From a virus (lineage: Duplodnaviria; Heunggongvirae; Uroviricota; Caudoviricetes), in IMG/VR virus record IMGVR_UViG_3300045988_154391: a stretch of DNA of 64,000 nt. The stretch is one strand, 5' to 3'. The notes beneath the pieces are model-generated. The model was not told the DNA's origin. It made no database searches and saw only the letters and a list, made by a program, of their open reading frames with translations. Each line of letters begins with the position of its first letter. Within the stretch, counting starts at the first letter, position 1. The position numbers and the translations under genes were made by a program. Shown in pieces: positions 1-12,700 of this stretch.

Positions 1-387
1 CAGAAAAATACGGCTGTTTTCCTGATCGAGCTTAACGCCCTGCGGGTAGCGGAATGCATCATTCTGTCCCCGCTTTTTGAATCGGGGAAAAGCAGCCCGA
101 TTCTGGAAGAAGTTTTTGTAAGCCCGCTCAAGGTCTTTCAGTGACTGTTGCAATGGCTGTGAGGGAGAATCTTTAAGCCATTCGGTTTCAGTGTCTTTTT
201 TCCACTCAACCAACCAGGAAGCCATTTTCGTGTAAGGGATGTATTTTTTACCGGCCTCATGATTCTCATTCTGAAGCGCCAGAGCACGATTGAAAACGAA
301 ACGACATGCGCCTGCGAAGCGCCTCATTTCACGCTCCTGTTGACCATCTGGTCTTAATCGGAATTTGAATGACACCTGTTGTTTCAT
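1..387 (-). CDS. tnpB: IS200/IS605-family TnpB (OrfB, RNA-guided nuclease family), N-terminal ~129 aa only; gene runs off the window start
   Basis: Minus-strand ATG at 387; translation MKQQVSFKFRLRPDGQQEREMRRFAGACRFVFNRALALQ...LKDLERAYKNFFQNRAAFPRFKKRG matches conserved TnpB N-terminal motifs (RFVxN, AYKNFF, FPRFKK). Absent from the ORF track because it is open at the window edge. Confidence 0.6.
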   Translation of the reverse strand, partial: MKQQVSFKFRLRPDGQQEREMRRFAGACRFVFNRALALQNENHEAGKKYIPYTKMASWLVEWKKDTETEWLKDSPSQPLQQSLKDLERAYKNFFQNRAAFPRFKKRGQNDAFRYPQGVKLDQENSRIFL

Positions 388-486
388 GTCACTATTTTAA
401 GCAAAAATAGCCGGGAGGAAAACTGTGCCTTATATCCCCACTATGAGGAGCGTGGGGAGCGGCACATTGGATAAGGCGTAACAGGG
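1..486 (-). mobile_element. Partial IS200/IS605-family (tnpB-type) element; one end near 435-486, rest outside window
   Basis: tnpB N-terminus plus a 7-bp-stem hairpin (TCCCCAC/GTGGGGA, 435-458) just upstream of the tnpB start, as expected for a subterminal hairpin of this IS family. Boundary is approximate. Confidence 0.4.
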
Positions 487-3474
487 ATGAGCTTAAGCGA
501 TCAGGTGGTTATGGCCACCAGCATAGAAACGCTGATCGAGCTGCTAAAGAACCTGCCCGATTACGGGCGGGTTTCGTATGTGGTGACAGCGAAGGGAGAC
601 GAGGTAAAAACGGCGTTTGATATCGTCGATGCCTCAGCTCTTTTGGTATCCAATACTCTGGATGGGAAAATTAATCCAGACTATCCCCAGGAACTTCAGC
701 CGCGCGATCGGACCCGCGCATCCAGCCTTCTTCAGGTTAACCAGATATCCAAGGATTTGCGTCCTGCCCAGCTTACCGATTCCGGTTTATCCAGCCATGG
801 CGCGCCGATAATTGGTGAGGACAATGCCGTTGAGTCAGGTAATGGGCGGACCATGGGGATCATCAAAGCCTATCAGGACGGCAATGCGGATCGGTATCGT
901 GAGTACCTGATTGAACATGCGACCGAATTCGGCATACGACCTGAAAAGGTTGAATCAATGACGGCTCCGGTACTGGTGCGCCGCCGGTTAACTAAGGTTG
1001 ACCGCGTTCAGTTTGCCAAGGACTCAAATATTTCTGATCTTCAGGAAATGGCAGCCAGTGAAAAGGCTTTTGTTGATGCCGACAGCATAACTCCGGCGAT
1101 GATGGCGCTGTTTAACCCATCAGAAAGCGGAGATCTGCTTAGCCGCAGTAATGACGCGTTTATCCGCGGATTCATGACGCAAGTTGGTGCCACACAGGCT
1201 GCTGGCCTTGTAACGGAAGATGGGCGACCAACACGGCAACTTGTAGACCGTATACAAAACGCGATCTTTGCCAAGGCATATAAGGATGCGCGCCTGGTAA
1301 GGATGGTTGCAGAAGAACCTGATCCGGATATGCGTAATGTTCTGACGGCGCTTAATGCGGCAGCCAATGATTTTGTCCAGATGCAGGCTTTATCAGGAGA
1401 AGCGCACAAGCAGGCTGTGACAACTATCGTTGATGGCATTGAAACAGCGGATAGCCTCGATAAAAAGGCGCTGGCGGCATTGAAAGATGCGGTAGACCTG
1501 GTAAGGCAATCGAAGGAGTCAGGCCAACATATTACCGATGTTATTGCTCAGGGGGATATGTTCAGCGAAACAGCCCCGGAAGTGAAAGCTCTCGCGTTGT
1601 TCATCGTCGCGAATAACCGTAGCGCGAAGCGTATGGCCACCGCCTTTAAATTGATGGCACAACGTATAAATGATGAGTTACAGCACCAGGGCCAGGCGCT
1701 GGGGGATATGTTTGGCGGTGGTGATGTGTCGTTACAGGATATCCTTCGCCAGGTGTCTCAGGAACTGGAAAACGAAGGCATGCAAGGGATATCCGGCGGT
1801 CTTTTCGAGTCCGTTTCCGGCGGTAGTTACAACGGTGTTGCTCCATATACCAGTTTGCTATTACATCGGGCATCCGGCATCAAAGACATTATTCATCTGA
1901 TCAGGCTGCTTTCCCGTACAGATCCCCATGATGAACAGCTTGTACAAGTGCTTGCGCATTTTGTTCGAATGCCTGTTGCCGACGTGAAAAAATGGTGCCG
2001 ATTATTCGGTATCAGCAATTCGTTACTTCGCGGCTTGTTAAATCACGCATCCTCCCTTGGGCGCGATGGCTTTGACGAGATAGCGCAGGCGATAAAAAAC
2101 GGAGATATGCCACCAGCTATTGACTGGTTTTCCATTCGCCCAACCAGGGTGAAAGCATTCCTTAGCGCGGCGCATTCGGCATCACCATTGGCAGAAATGG
2201 TTCAGAGGTTGTCGCTCATATTCACAGACCATACCGCGTTGGGTGATCTGACTCTGGACGAGATGAAAGATGCCTCCATTCAGTGGGCCGATCAACAAAA
2301 TGAGGTTAACTCAGACTTCTTGACAGCATTCAGGAAGGCCGTTAGTAAAGCGGATGATGCCCGTGGAATTCTGAAGGCATTTAAGGCATTGCAAAGTCGT
2401 GTTAATAAACATGTCGGTGATATCGATGGGGTAACGGCGGAAGGCCGGGATATCCTTAAAGAGCACGGCATAACGCCAGAGTTTATTGATGAGATCAGGA
2501 CTGATATGCAGCGTGAGGTCGTATCGTCCCTGCAAATCGTAGCCAGAGCTTTGGCGGATGCTAATCCGAAGAGTGCGGCCATTGTTAACCGGGTTATTGG
2601 TGATATTGAAGCATCGGAGGGCATGGGGGCGCTGAAACTCTTCCTTTCGCGAGCGTTTAATCCTAACGGCAATATTCTCCCTGGCATTATTGGTGAGGCT
2701 AAAAAGTATGTCAGTGAAGAAGAACTTGAGCAGCTTGACCAACTACTTAAGCGATTCTCATATAACCCGCAGACACGCTGGCAAATGAATCAGCGAAGTA
2801 TGGGTTCGGTCCACGAGAAAGTGTTATCTGCCATGAACAGTGCGATCGCAAACTCATCCGTATCTGAAGAAAAAGCTCTTGAGTGGGCTGACTCTTTTAT
2901 CACAGAAGAAGTGGAAGAAGCCCGCGCTGGACAGAATGGTGGGATAGACCTGCGCAAGGAACTTGCTGATATTTATCGCCTGACCGGCGGGAAAATATCG
3001 ACCTTATCAAAGGTAGTTCACCACCAGGGAAGGGCATATGCAAATCTAAATGGTGTTGTTGCTGTCAATTTGAACGATGAAAATGCAAGTGCACTGTGGC
3101 ACGAGCTGGGTCATCATCTTGAGTACAGTAACCCTGGTTTGTTAGAGAAAGCCCGGTCATTCCTGAAGGCCAATGTTGAAGGGGATAAGCCATCTTTCGT
3201 CAATATCGGTGGGCGTGGCAAGCCTGAATGGTGCTTCAGATCTCGATTGAGTAATATTTATATGGCGAAGGTATACCCGCCAGCCTCAGTAAGTAACACC
3301 GGGAAAATTCGGCAGAAATCACCGACTATTTCCAAAACGTCAGCAACGGAAGTATTCTCTATGGCTCTTCAGTTGTATCATGACAAAGAGGCCGCTGCCG
3401 CATCACTGATGAATGGTGACGGATTGCTGGAACTGTTATTAGGTGTGGCAAAGGAGCTAAATAATGCAGATTAA
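487..3474 (+). CDS. Large (995 aa) virion/antirestriction-like protein with C-terminal HExxH motif (WHELGHH); possibly DdrB-like
   Basis: Long ORF with start after AGGG; HExxH zincin-like motif near residue 880; sits where the P1 dar/ddr head-protein genes lie relative to ssb-lyz. Specific identity not verifiable here. Confidence 0.55.
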   Translation: MSLSDQVVMATSIETLIELLKNLPDYGRVSYVVTAKGDEVKTAFDIVDASALLVSNTLDGKINPDYPQELQPRDRTRASSLLQVNQISKDLRPAQLTDSGLSSHGAPIIGEDNAVESGNGRTMGIIKAYQDGNADRYREYLIEHATEFGIRPEKVESMTAPVLVRRRLTKVDRVQFAKDSNISDLQEMAASEKAFVDADSITPAMMALFNPSESGDLLSRSNDAFIRGFMTQVGATQAAGLVTEDGRPTRQLVDRIQNAIFAKAYKDARLVRMVAEEPDPDMRNVLTALNAAANDFVQMQALSGEAHKQAVTTIVDGIETADSLDKKALAALKDAVDLVRQSKESGQHITDVIAQGDMFSETAPEVKALALFIVANNRSAKRMATAFKLMAQRINDELQHQGQALGDMFGGGDVSLQDILRQVSQELENEGMQGISGGLFESVSGGSYNGVAPYTSLLLHRASGIKDIIHLIRLLSRTDPHDEQLVQVLAHFVRMPVADVKKWCRLFGISNSLLRGLLNHASSLGRDGFDEIAQAIKNGDMPPAIDWFSIRPTRVKAFLSAAHSASPLAEMVQRLSLIFTDHTALGDLTLDEMKDASIQWADQQNEVNSDFLTAFRKAVSKADDARGILKAFKALQSRVNKHVGDIDGVTAEGRDILKEHGITPEFIDEIRTDMQREVVSSLQIVARALADANPKSAAIVNRVIGDIEASEGMGALKLFLSRAFNPNGNILPGIIGEAKKYVSEEELEQLDQLLKRFSYNPQTRWQMNQRSMGSVHEKVLSAMNSAIANSSVSEEKALEWADSFITEEVEEARAGQNGGIDLRKELADIYRLTGGKISTLSKVVHHQGRAYANLNGVVAVNLNDENASALWHELGHHLEYSNPGLLEKARSFLKANVEGDKPSFVNIGGRGKPEWCFRSRLSNIYMAKVYPPASVSNTGKIRQKSPTISKTSATEVFSMALQLYHDKEAAAASLMNGDGLLELLLGVAKELNNAD

Positions 3475-3775
3475 AATCGCAGCGCCATTAGGTGGAGATG
3501 CCATTATCGAATTTGATGATAATGAAGAAGTTTCCGGGCGTTTAAGCATTATCTCCGGTGACATTACCGAGGACATGATCGCTGAAGCCATAGCTGGGGC
3601 AAATCCCAATAGCTATATGGGATTCGTTAACACCCTTGATGCTCCCGCAAGTGATGTTCTCCGAACGCTGCATCTTTACGCTGGCTGGTTTGTTGATTGG
3701 CCAGCAGTAGATGGTGGCGATGAGGACGACGACGACGATGATTTTGGTGATCATGTAGACCAGATCGTATATTGA
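3464..3775 (+). CDS. Small acidic protein (103 aa, poly-Asp C-terminus)
   Basis: ORF overlapping the end of the 995-aa gene by 11 nt, followed by a terminator hairpin. Confidence 0.45.
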   Translation: MQIKIAAPLGGDAIIEFDDNEEVSGRLSIISGDITEDMIAEAIAGANPNSYMGFVNTLDAPASDVLRTLHLYAGWFVDWPAVDGGDEDDDDDDFGDHVDQIVY

Positions 3776-3778
3776 AGA

Positions 3779-3807
3779 AATCCCGCCAGTCGGCGGGATT
3801 TTTTTAA
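3779..3807. terminator. Intrinsic terminator hairpin between convergent genes
   Basis: Stem TCCCGCC/GGCGGGA (3781-3787/3792-3798) followed by T7 on the plus strand. Confidence 0.6.
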
Positions 3808-4586
3808 TCGCTTTCCACTTCTTCCGTGGTGTTTTCTTGCAGTTCTGTTAATGCAGCACGACATAGGTTCCGGGCATTGGCTATAGCCACACTTTTGACT
3901 TCATCCGTCATCGTGCAGGTAATGTACTGATCGAGTTCTTCAGCGCGGATGATGCTTTTGCCAATCAGAAACTGTATTTGCCAGAGCAGATCGGCATCCA
4001 TAATCAGAATTTCTGCCGGGCCTTCAGGGCCAGCCGGGAAGGAAACATAAGACTGTTTGCCCAGGCCGACAACTCGACAACTTGCTTCAAGAATTGCGCG
4101 CTTGAGGTCTGACTTTATAACGGAAACAGGTTGATTTTCACCAGTGATTACGCCGTTGACATGGAAAGGCATGTAGCTTGAAATACGCTCCACTTTCCAC
4201 ACGCCAGCAAGCGATCCTTCATGCAGCACAATGGGGGTAACCGCGAGTTTCATCTCACCATATAGCTGCTGGCAGATAGCTGGATTGCTGAATACATCTA
4301 AAGGCTCACATTCAAACAGCGGCGCAATCTGCATGAGGTCCATCATGGTCATCCCTGGGGTACGAGCAGTAATGAATCTGCGCATACCAGTATCCATTGC
4401 GCTCCAGATTGCTACACCATGCTTTTTGCTCACTTCTTCAGTAAAGCCAAGGTGGCACATGATGGTTTTTTCGATAGCCAGATCAGAGATCGAAACCTTT
4501 TCGCCAGGCACACCATCATTATTGATGGTCACTTCGACACTCTGACCATTACGCAGGCGGTATTGAATTGCTTTAGTATTTTCCAC
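3804..4586 (-). CDS. Hypothetical protein (260 aa), last gene of the ssb operon
   Basis: ORF 6 nt downstream of the DUF2829 gene on the same strand; no recognisable motifs. Confidence 0.55.
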   Translation of the reverse strand: MENTKAIQYRLRNGQSVEVTINNDGVPGEKVSISDLAIEKTIMCHLGFTEEVSKKHGVAIWSAMDTGMRRFITARTPGMTMMDLMQIAPLFECEPLDVFSNPAICQQLYGEMKLAVTPIVLHEGSLAGVWKVERISSYMPFHVNGVITGENQPVSVIKSDLKRAILEASCRVVGLGKQSYVSFPAGPEGPAEILIMDADLLWQIQFLIGKSIIRAEELDQYITCTMTDEVKSVAIANARNLCRAALTELQENTTEEVESD

Positions 4587-4592
4587 GTTAAA

Positions 4593-5270
4593 TCACTCCA
4601 CTACAAACCAGTCACATGCCAGTAAGTCGCCTACAGAAGGAACCCACGGAACAACTACACCTTGTGCATTTTTTAAGGCGAAATAAGCACCATACGGAAC
4701 GAGGTCGCCGGGGAAATATCCCTTAATGGCTTCCATTCGTGCCGGGTACTGTCCTTCAGGAACCAGCCAGCAGAATTGGTTTTCGCCGTTCCACCCGCGT
4801 CGGGCAACTTTCTTGCCATCCTTCAGCCACATCAGCGCGTCAGAAAAGTCGGCTGCTTCAAGGTCGATTTCTTCTTGTAGAGTAGCGATACCGCCAGCAG
4901 AAATAGTTACGTCCCTGGCTGTAATGAATGTCACCCCATTGTGACCTTCAATGCTGAGCGATACCCCATTTTCGAAGAAGTCGTTAGTCCGACTAAAGCC
5001 TTCTTCAAATGTTTTTTCTGGTGAATAGGACAGAGATCCGTCCTCATAAGCGACCAGATATCCGCCAATTTCTGGTCGGTGTTTTTGCAAAAATATTTTA
5101 TCAACATGGACTTTTACCCCTTCTGGCTCAACGACTTCGATGTTGCAAAAAAGGACCACATCCATTAGGGCGATAATTTCGATATCTTTGATTTTTGAGG
5201 CGCGAACTGTTTTATGGCTTTTGTATTTTGGAAGTGCCGTCAAAAGCTCTTTCGTTGTCATGTTATTCAT
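4593..5270 (-). CDS. Two-domain protein with C-terminal DUF2829 (Thoeris anti-defense Tad2-like) domain
   Basis: ATG at 5270 preceded by GAGGAAAG. C-terminal ~85 aa (ALMWLKDGKKVARRGWNG ... PWVPSVGDLLACDWFVVE) fits the DUF2829 signature. The track ORF extends to a GTG at 5438. Confidence 0.6.
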   Translation of the reverse strand: MNNMTTKELLTALPKYKSHKTVRASKIKDIEIIALMDVVLFCNIEVVEPEGVKVHVDKIFLQKHRPEIGGYLVAYEDGSLSYSPEKTFEEGFSRTNDFFENGVSLSIEGHNGVTFITARDVTISAGGIATLQEEIDLEAADFSDALMWLKDGKKVARRGWNGENQFCWLVPEGQYPARMEAIKGYFPGDLVPYGAYFALKNAQGVVVPWVPSVGDLLACDWFVVE

Positions 5271-5467
5271 AGTCTTTCCTCTGCTTAAAACCTGATGTAT
5301 TGCGCCTTCAGGTGGGTCAGGAATGTTTTCCCACCAGCGAACGCAATATCTCGGGGTGTTCTTTTCGTGAAAAGCGCGTGCCATTGCCAACTTTGGCGTT
5401 TGTTTGCGAGTTCGTGCTTTTGTCGGCGTCTGGACCACCGCTTTTCTTTCAGTCGTTTTTTACACAT

Positions 5468-5956
5468 TCAAAACGGAATATCGTCGTCAAAGTCCATTGG
5501 AGGTTCGTTATTGGCGTTGCTCTGAGGTTTACCGCCACCACTGTATTGCTGGTGGTTTTGAGGTTGGTTTGATTGCCCCCAGCCATTTGAGGACTGTGAA
5601 TCGTCACGGCGAGCGCCGATCATTTGCATGGTGCCGCCCTGGCTGACGATAATTTCCGTCGTGTAACGTTCTACACCGGCGTCATCTGTCCACTTACGGG
5701 TTTTAAGTTTCCCTTCGATGTAGACCTGAGAACCTTTTCGTAAATACTCACTCGCAATTTCAGCAAGTTTTCCGAACAAAACGACTTTATGCCATTCTGT
5801 TTGCTCTTTCTGTTGGCCCGTTTGCTTGTCGCGCCATGATTCATTCGTTGCGATGCTGAGTCTTCCGACCGCTCCGCCATTTGGTATATACCTGATCTCC
5901 GGGTCTTGCCCCAGGGTACCAATCAGGATGACTTTGTTTACACCGCGTTGTGCCAC
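5468..5956 (-). CDS. ssb: Single-stranded DNA-binding protein
   Basis: Near-canonical SSB sequence ([19 protein letters not shown] ... acidic tail MDFDDDIPF); GTG start. Confidence 0.9.
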   Translation of the reverse strand: MAQRGVNKVILIGTLGQDPEIRYIPNGGAVGRLSIATNESWRDKQTGQQKEQTEWHKVVLFGKLAEIASEYLRKGSQVYIEGKLKTRKWTDDAGVERYTTEIIVSQGGTMQMIGARRDDSQSSNGWGQSNQPQNHQQYSGGGKPQSNANNEPPMDFDDDIPF

Positions 5957-5975
5957 TTATCTTACCTAATAAAAT

Positions 5976-5992
5976 AAATTAATTAGAGCAAT
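5976..5992 (-). promoter_or_regulatory. C1 repressor operator upstream of ssb (Op21-like)
   Basis: Plus-strand AAATTAATTAGAGCAAT, one mismatch to the reverse complement of ATTGCTCTAATAAATTT, 20 nt upstream of ssb. Confidence 0.75.
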
Positions 5993-6016
5993 AATGTATA
6001 TCTTTGAAACGTGGCT

Positions 6017-6038
6017 AACAAGTGATTTGCATTATCCT
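6017..6038 (+). promoter_or_regulatory. Late-promoter-like element upstream of lyz
   Basis: AACAAGTGA-N7-TATCCT about 90 nt upstream of lyz; same architecture recurs upstream of prt, pacA, mat-like and the 43317 module. Confidence 0.4.
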
Positions 6039-6125
6039 GTGCCTTCTAAAGGGATCGAGTCAGTCGGTATTGGCGGTGAATGAGTGTTTGTCCTGGAGCG
6101 TAAAAAATTCGCTTATGAGGTCTTT

Positions 6126-6683
6126 ATGAAGGGAAAAACAGCCGCAGGAGGCGGTGCAATTTGCGCTATCGCGGTGATGATTACCATCGTGATGGGTAAT
6201 GGCAATGTGCGAACCAACCAGGCGGGGCTTGAGCTGATTGGTAACGCTGAAGGTTGCCGACGTGATCCATACATGTGCCCGGCGGGGGTATGGACTGACG
6301 GGATCGGTAATACACACGGGGTAACGCCGGGTGTGCGAAAAACCGACCAGCAAATCGCCGCTGATTGGGAAAAGAATATCCTGATCGCTGAACGCTGTAT
6401 TAATCAGCACTTCCGGGGCAAAGACATGCCCGATAATGCCTTCAGTGCAATGACAAGCGCGGCATTCAATATGGGATGCAATAGCTTACGGACCTACTAC
6501 AGCAAAGCGCGAGGCATGCGAGTAGAAACGTCCATCCACAAGTGGGCGCAGAAAGGGGAATGGGTGAATATGTGTAACCATCTCCCTGATTTCGTGAACA
6601 GTAACGGCGTGCCCCTGCGAGGTTTAAAGATTCGCCGTGAAAAAGAACGCCAGCTTTGCCTGACGGGGCTTGTCAATGAATAA
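6126..6683 (+). CDS. lyz: Endolysin (lysozyme) with N-terminal SAR segment
   Basis: MKGKTAAGGGAICAIAVMITIVMG hydrophobic N-terminus followed by a lysozyme-like body; ATG at 6126. Confidence 0.9.
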   Translation: MKGKTAAGGGAICAIAVMITIVMGNGNVRTNQAGLELIGNAEGCRRDPYMCPAGVWTDGIGNTHGVTPGVRKTDQQIAADWEKNILIAERCINQHFRGKDMPDNAFSAMTSAAFNMGCNSLRTYYSKARGMRVETSIHKWAQKGEWVNMCNHLPDFVNSNGVPLRGLKIRREKERQLCLTGLVNE

Positions 6684-6930
6684 ACTCCGGCAGCTCCGCC
6701 GACTTTCGACAATGAAGTTATCGCTGGCGGCGATAGTTTTTGACTCGATTTTCATGGCGGTATATGTGCTCAATGAGACGTGGCCACTGGAACCGCTATT
6801 GTATGCCGGGCTTCGGCTGTGCCTGACATTTTTGAGCATGGCTGCGAGATTGATGCAGCAGAAAGAAACCGCTTCAGATTGTCCACGCCGCGCGGTGCGC
6901 AAATATATGGCACGAAGGCGAAGGCGATAA
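6670..6930 (+). CDS. Small hydrophobic, Arg-rich protein (86 aa) downstream of lyz
   Basis: ORF overlapping the lyz stop; hydrophobic stretches; ends just before a terminator. Coding status uncertain. Confidence 0.3.
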   Translation: MSMNKLRQLRRLSTMKLSLAAIVFDSIFMAVYVLNETWPLEPLLYAGLRLCLTFLSMAARLMQQKETASDCPRRAVRKYMARRRRR

Positions 6931-6943
6931 TAGTTAACGAGAA

Positions 6944-6971
6944 CCCCGGCAGCTGCCGGGGTTATTTTTGG
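6944..6971. terminator. GC-rich hairpin terminator between lyz operon and pro
   Basis: CCCCGGCAG/CTGCCGGGG palindrome followed by TTATTTTTGG. Confidence 0.6.
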
Positions 6972-6974
6972 TGG

Positions 6975-9705
<2,731 letters not shown>

Positions 9706-9738
9706 TTAATTAGAATAATTCGCATCGTGTTTGAACGG

Positions 9739-9760
9739 AATTTAACACTAGTCACTTGTT
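9739..9760 (-). promoter_or_regulatory. Late-promoter-like element for prt
   Basis: Minus-strand AACAAGTGA-N7-TAAATT, about 43 nt upstream of the prt start. Confidence 0.4.
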
Positions 9761-9771
9761 AAGGATTACCA

Positions 9772-12700
9772 ATGAACAAGCTATCTATGGGGGTGTTTCG
9801 CTGTTCAAGTGTCAGCGAAATATTGAAATATATTAGGGCAATAACATCTCACCGAGCGCCGATTAGATACGGCGTGGAAAAGGTGGAAGGCAAAAGCTAT
9901 GACCGACTGCGCCGGGAGGCGAATCAGAAGGCGATAGATTTGCTTAATTCACTGGCGGACGGCGCGACACTGACAGATGAACAGCGCCAGATCCTGGCTG
10001 GGTACACCGGTGAAGGCGGCATTGGCGGGTCCGTCTCCGAATATTACACACCAAAGCCTATCGCTGAAGGCGTCTGGGAGATCATGAAGCTCTATGGCGC
10101 GGACGTAGGTAACACTCTGGAACCATCGGCGGGCACCGGCGTTTTTAATGAGACAAAACCGGTTGGTACGGTGATGACCGCGACTGAGATCAGCAGTGTT
10201 TCCGGTCGTATAAACCAGCTGTTACATCCGGAAGACAGCGTACAGATTTCCCCGTTCGAACAGCTGGCTATAAGCACACCTAACGATTCATTCGACCATG
10301 TTGTGGCTAACGTTCCGTTCGGCGGTCGTGATAACACACGCAACATCGATAAGCCTTACGCAGAAGAAACGGATATGGGGTCTTACTTCATGCTCCGCAT
10401 GCTGGACAAGATAAAGCCAGGCGGATTCATGTGCGTGATTGTGCCGCCGTCCATTGTTTCAGGTTCAAACATGAAGCGGTTACGCCTGCGCCTATCACGG
10501 AAAGCTGAATTTCTTGGTGCCCACCGCTTGCCTACCGGTACTTTTGACGCAAACGGGACCAGTACGGTCGTTGACGTGGTGCTGATGCGCAAACATCCGG
10601 CGGAGATGGCTGAGAAAATCCCCCTGGTGGATGAAGGCACTCTTGAATCGGCAAATGTGCTTTGGCCAACGTTTATTTCTGGCAAGTGGTTTGAAAAGGA
10701 CGGCCGCCGGTTTGTTCATGGCACCCAGGAGAAGGGATTCCAGGGGCGTATTGAGGTTCGTGCCGACGGGCAGATTGATAACCAGGCTCTTAAAGCGAAG
10801 CTGATTCATCGTTTCGAAAGTCGTATCGACTGGTCTTTGCTCGATATGGCTGAACCGTCACCGACAGCAGACGTTGTTGGTGAAGGGGAAATGCGCCTGA
10901 TTAATGGCGTATGGCAAAAATATGCTGGTGGTCGCTGGATTGAAGCTGATGCCGGGAAGGAACTTAAGATCGATGCTGCCAGTTATGGCGCGGATAGCTG
11001 GGAGGCTCTTCAGCGCAACCTGACTACAACAGAAGGCCGTCTCGGCATGACATTTACCCAGATGGCAAATGTCCGCGATAAGTACACCACATCAATCAGC
11101 GACGATATGGTGCAGCTGGTGGACTGGATTAACAGCCAGCCTGAAAAATACCGTGAACGCTTGTATCGCGGGGCGATGATTGGCCGGATGTTAATTGAAT
11201 ATCAGGACATGAAGGCCGCCGGGCATAGTGCTGAACAAATCGAACAGCAGCGCCTTTCTCTGGTATCCCGTTTGCAGGCAGAGATTGACCGTTTTGGTAA
11301 CCCCGGTCGCGGTCCGATAGCGAAATTGTCGGGGAGCGGTGCGCGCGCCTGGTTTGCTTTCCGTGGTGCAATTAAGCTGGATGGCACTATTTCTGACGAG
11401 CTGACAGGGAAGCTGGTTACGCATGATTCCAGCGCAAGTTATGACTCCACCAGCTATCAGGACACCCTGCGTTATCTCTATAGCGATCTCACCCGCGATC
11501 CAATCCAGCTCGATGATTTCCGCCTTGCGTTTACCGGCGAACTGCCAGCCAGTGATGAAGAGTTGCTTAATTTATTGGCCAGCACCCCTGGTATTGCGGT
11601 TTCACCGTATGGCGGGATTGTTCCGTTCGCCCGCGCCACCAGCGGCGACATTAACGAGATAGTGGCTCCAAAACAGGAATTCCTCGCCACACTCCCCGAC
11701 GGTCCAGTAAAGAACAACGTCCTTAATCAGCTGGCAGCTATCGAAGAGAAGCGCATCAAGACGCCAGCAGAGAATATCCGGTTTAAGCTCAATAGCCGTT
11801 GGTTCGACCGTTCCGTCATTCTGGAGTTTTTGCAGGAAAACGGCTATCCGGATCTGCGCTATGTGCAGTCAGTGCAGCTGGAAGGCGACGAAATGGTTTC
11901 TGACACCTATCACGGTGGTGATGGTCTGTTCGTCGGGCACCGATACGGTGTCGTCCAGCGCAAGGATAAAGAAACAGGTGAGATTCGCTACGAGTGGGAC
12001 CGTAAATCAGGTGAAAACGCGACCGGGTTCCCGGCACAGCTGGAAAAGTATCTCAATGGTGCGCGTATCGGTGGCAAAGATAGCGCGACGGCGAACGGCT
12101 ACCGCGAGCAGATGGCACTGCTTGAGGACCAGTTCAATAAGTGGATCAAGACGCACGATCGCTACGATGAGCTGGTTGCCAAATACAACGATGTGTTCAA
12201 TAGCAATATCCCGTATGAACACTCTGGCGATCCGCTTGGGTTGAAGGGATTAAGCGGTAAGCGCCAGCCATTTGATTACCAGAATAGCGAGGTGCGCCGA
12301 CTGTCCGAAGATGGGCGCGGCATCCTGGGCTTCGGCACCGGGCTGGGTAAAACCACGACCGCGCTGGCGCTTGAGGCGTTCAACTATGAGAACGGTCGCT
12401 CCACCCGTACTGCGTATGTAGTGCCTAAATCAGTGCTGGAAAACTGGTATTACGAAGCAAAAGAATTCCTGAGTGAAGAGGCATTCAGTAACTACCTGTT
12501 CGTCGGTCTTGATGTGCTGATGGATGGCGATCAGATTCGCCAGGTGCAGGTGCTCGATGAGAACGGTAAACCTGTTCTTGGTACTGATGGCACTCCAGTT
12601 ATGCGCGATGCTCTTAAGCTGGCAGATGAAGCCACTATCACGGCGCGGATGAACGCGATCCCGCACTCAAATTACCGTGCAGTCGTGTTTACCAAAGAAC

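Noticed and set aside
1041-2742. Several 130-143-aa minus-strand ORFs (1041-1439, 2292-2687, 2311-2742)
   Set aside because: They are antisense to and fully inside the 995-aa gene; Ala/Arg/Ser-rich composition is typical of antisense frames of GC-balanced coding DNA.
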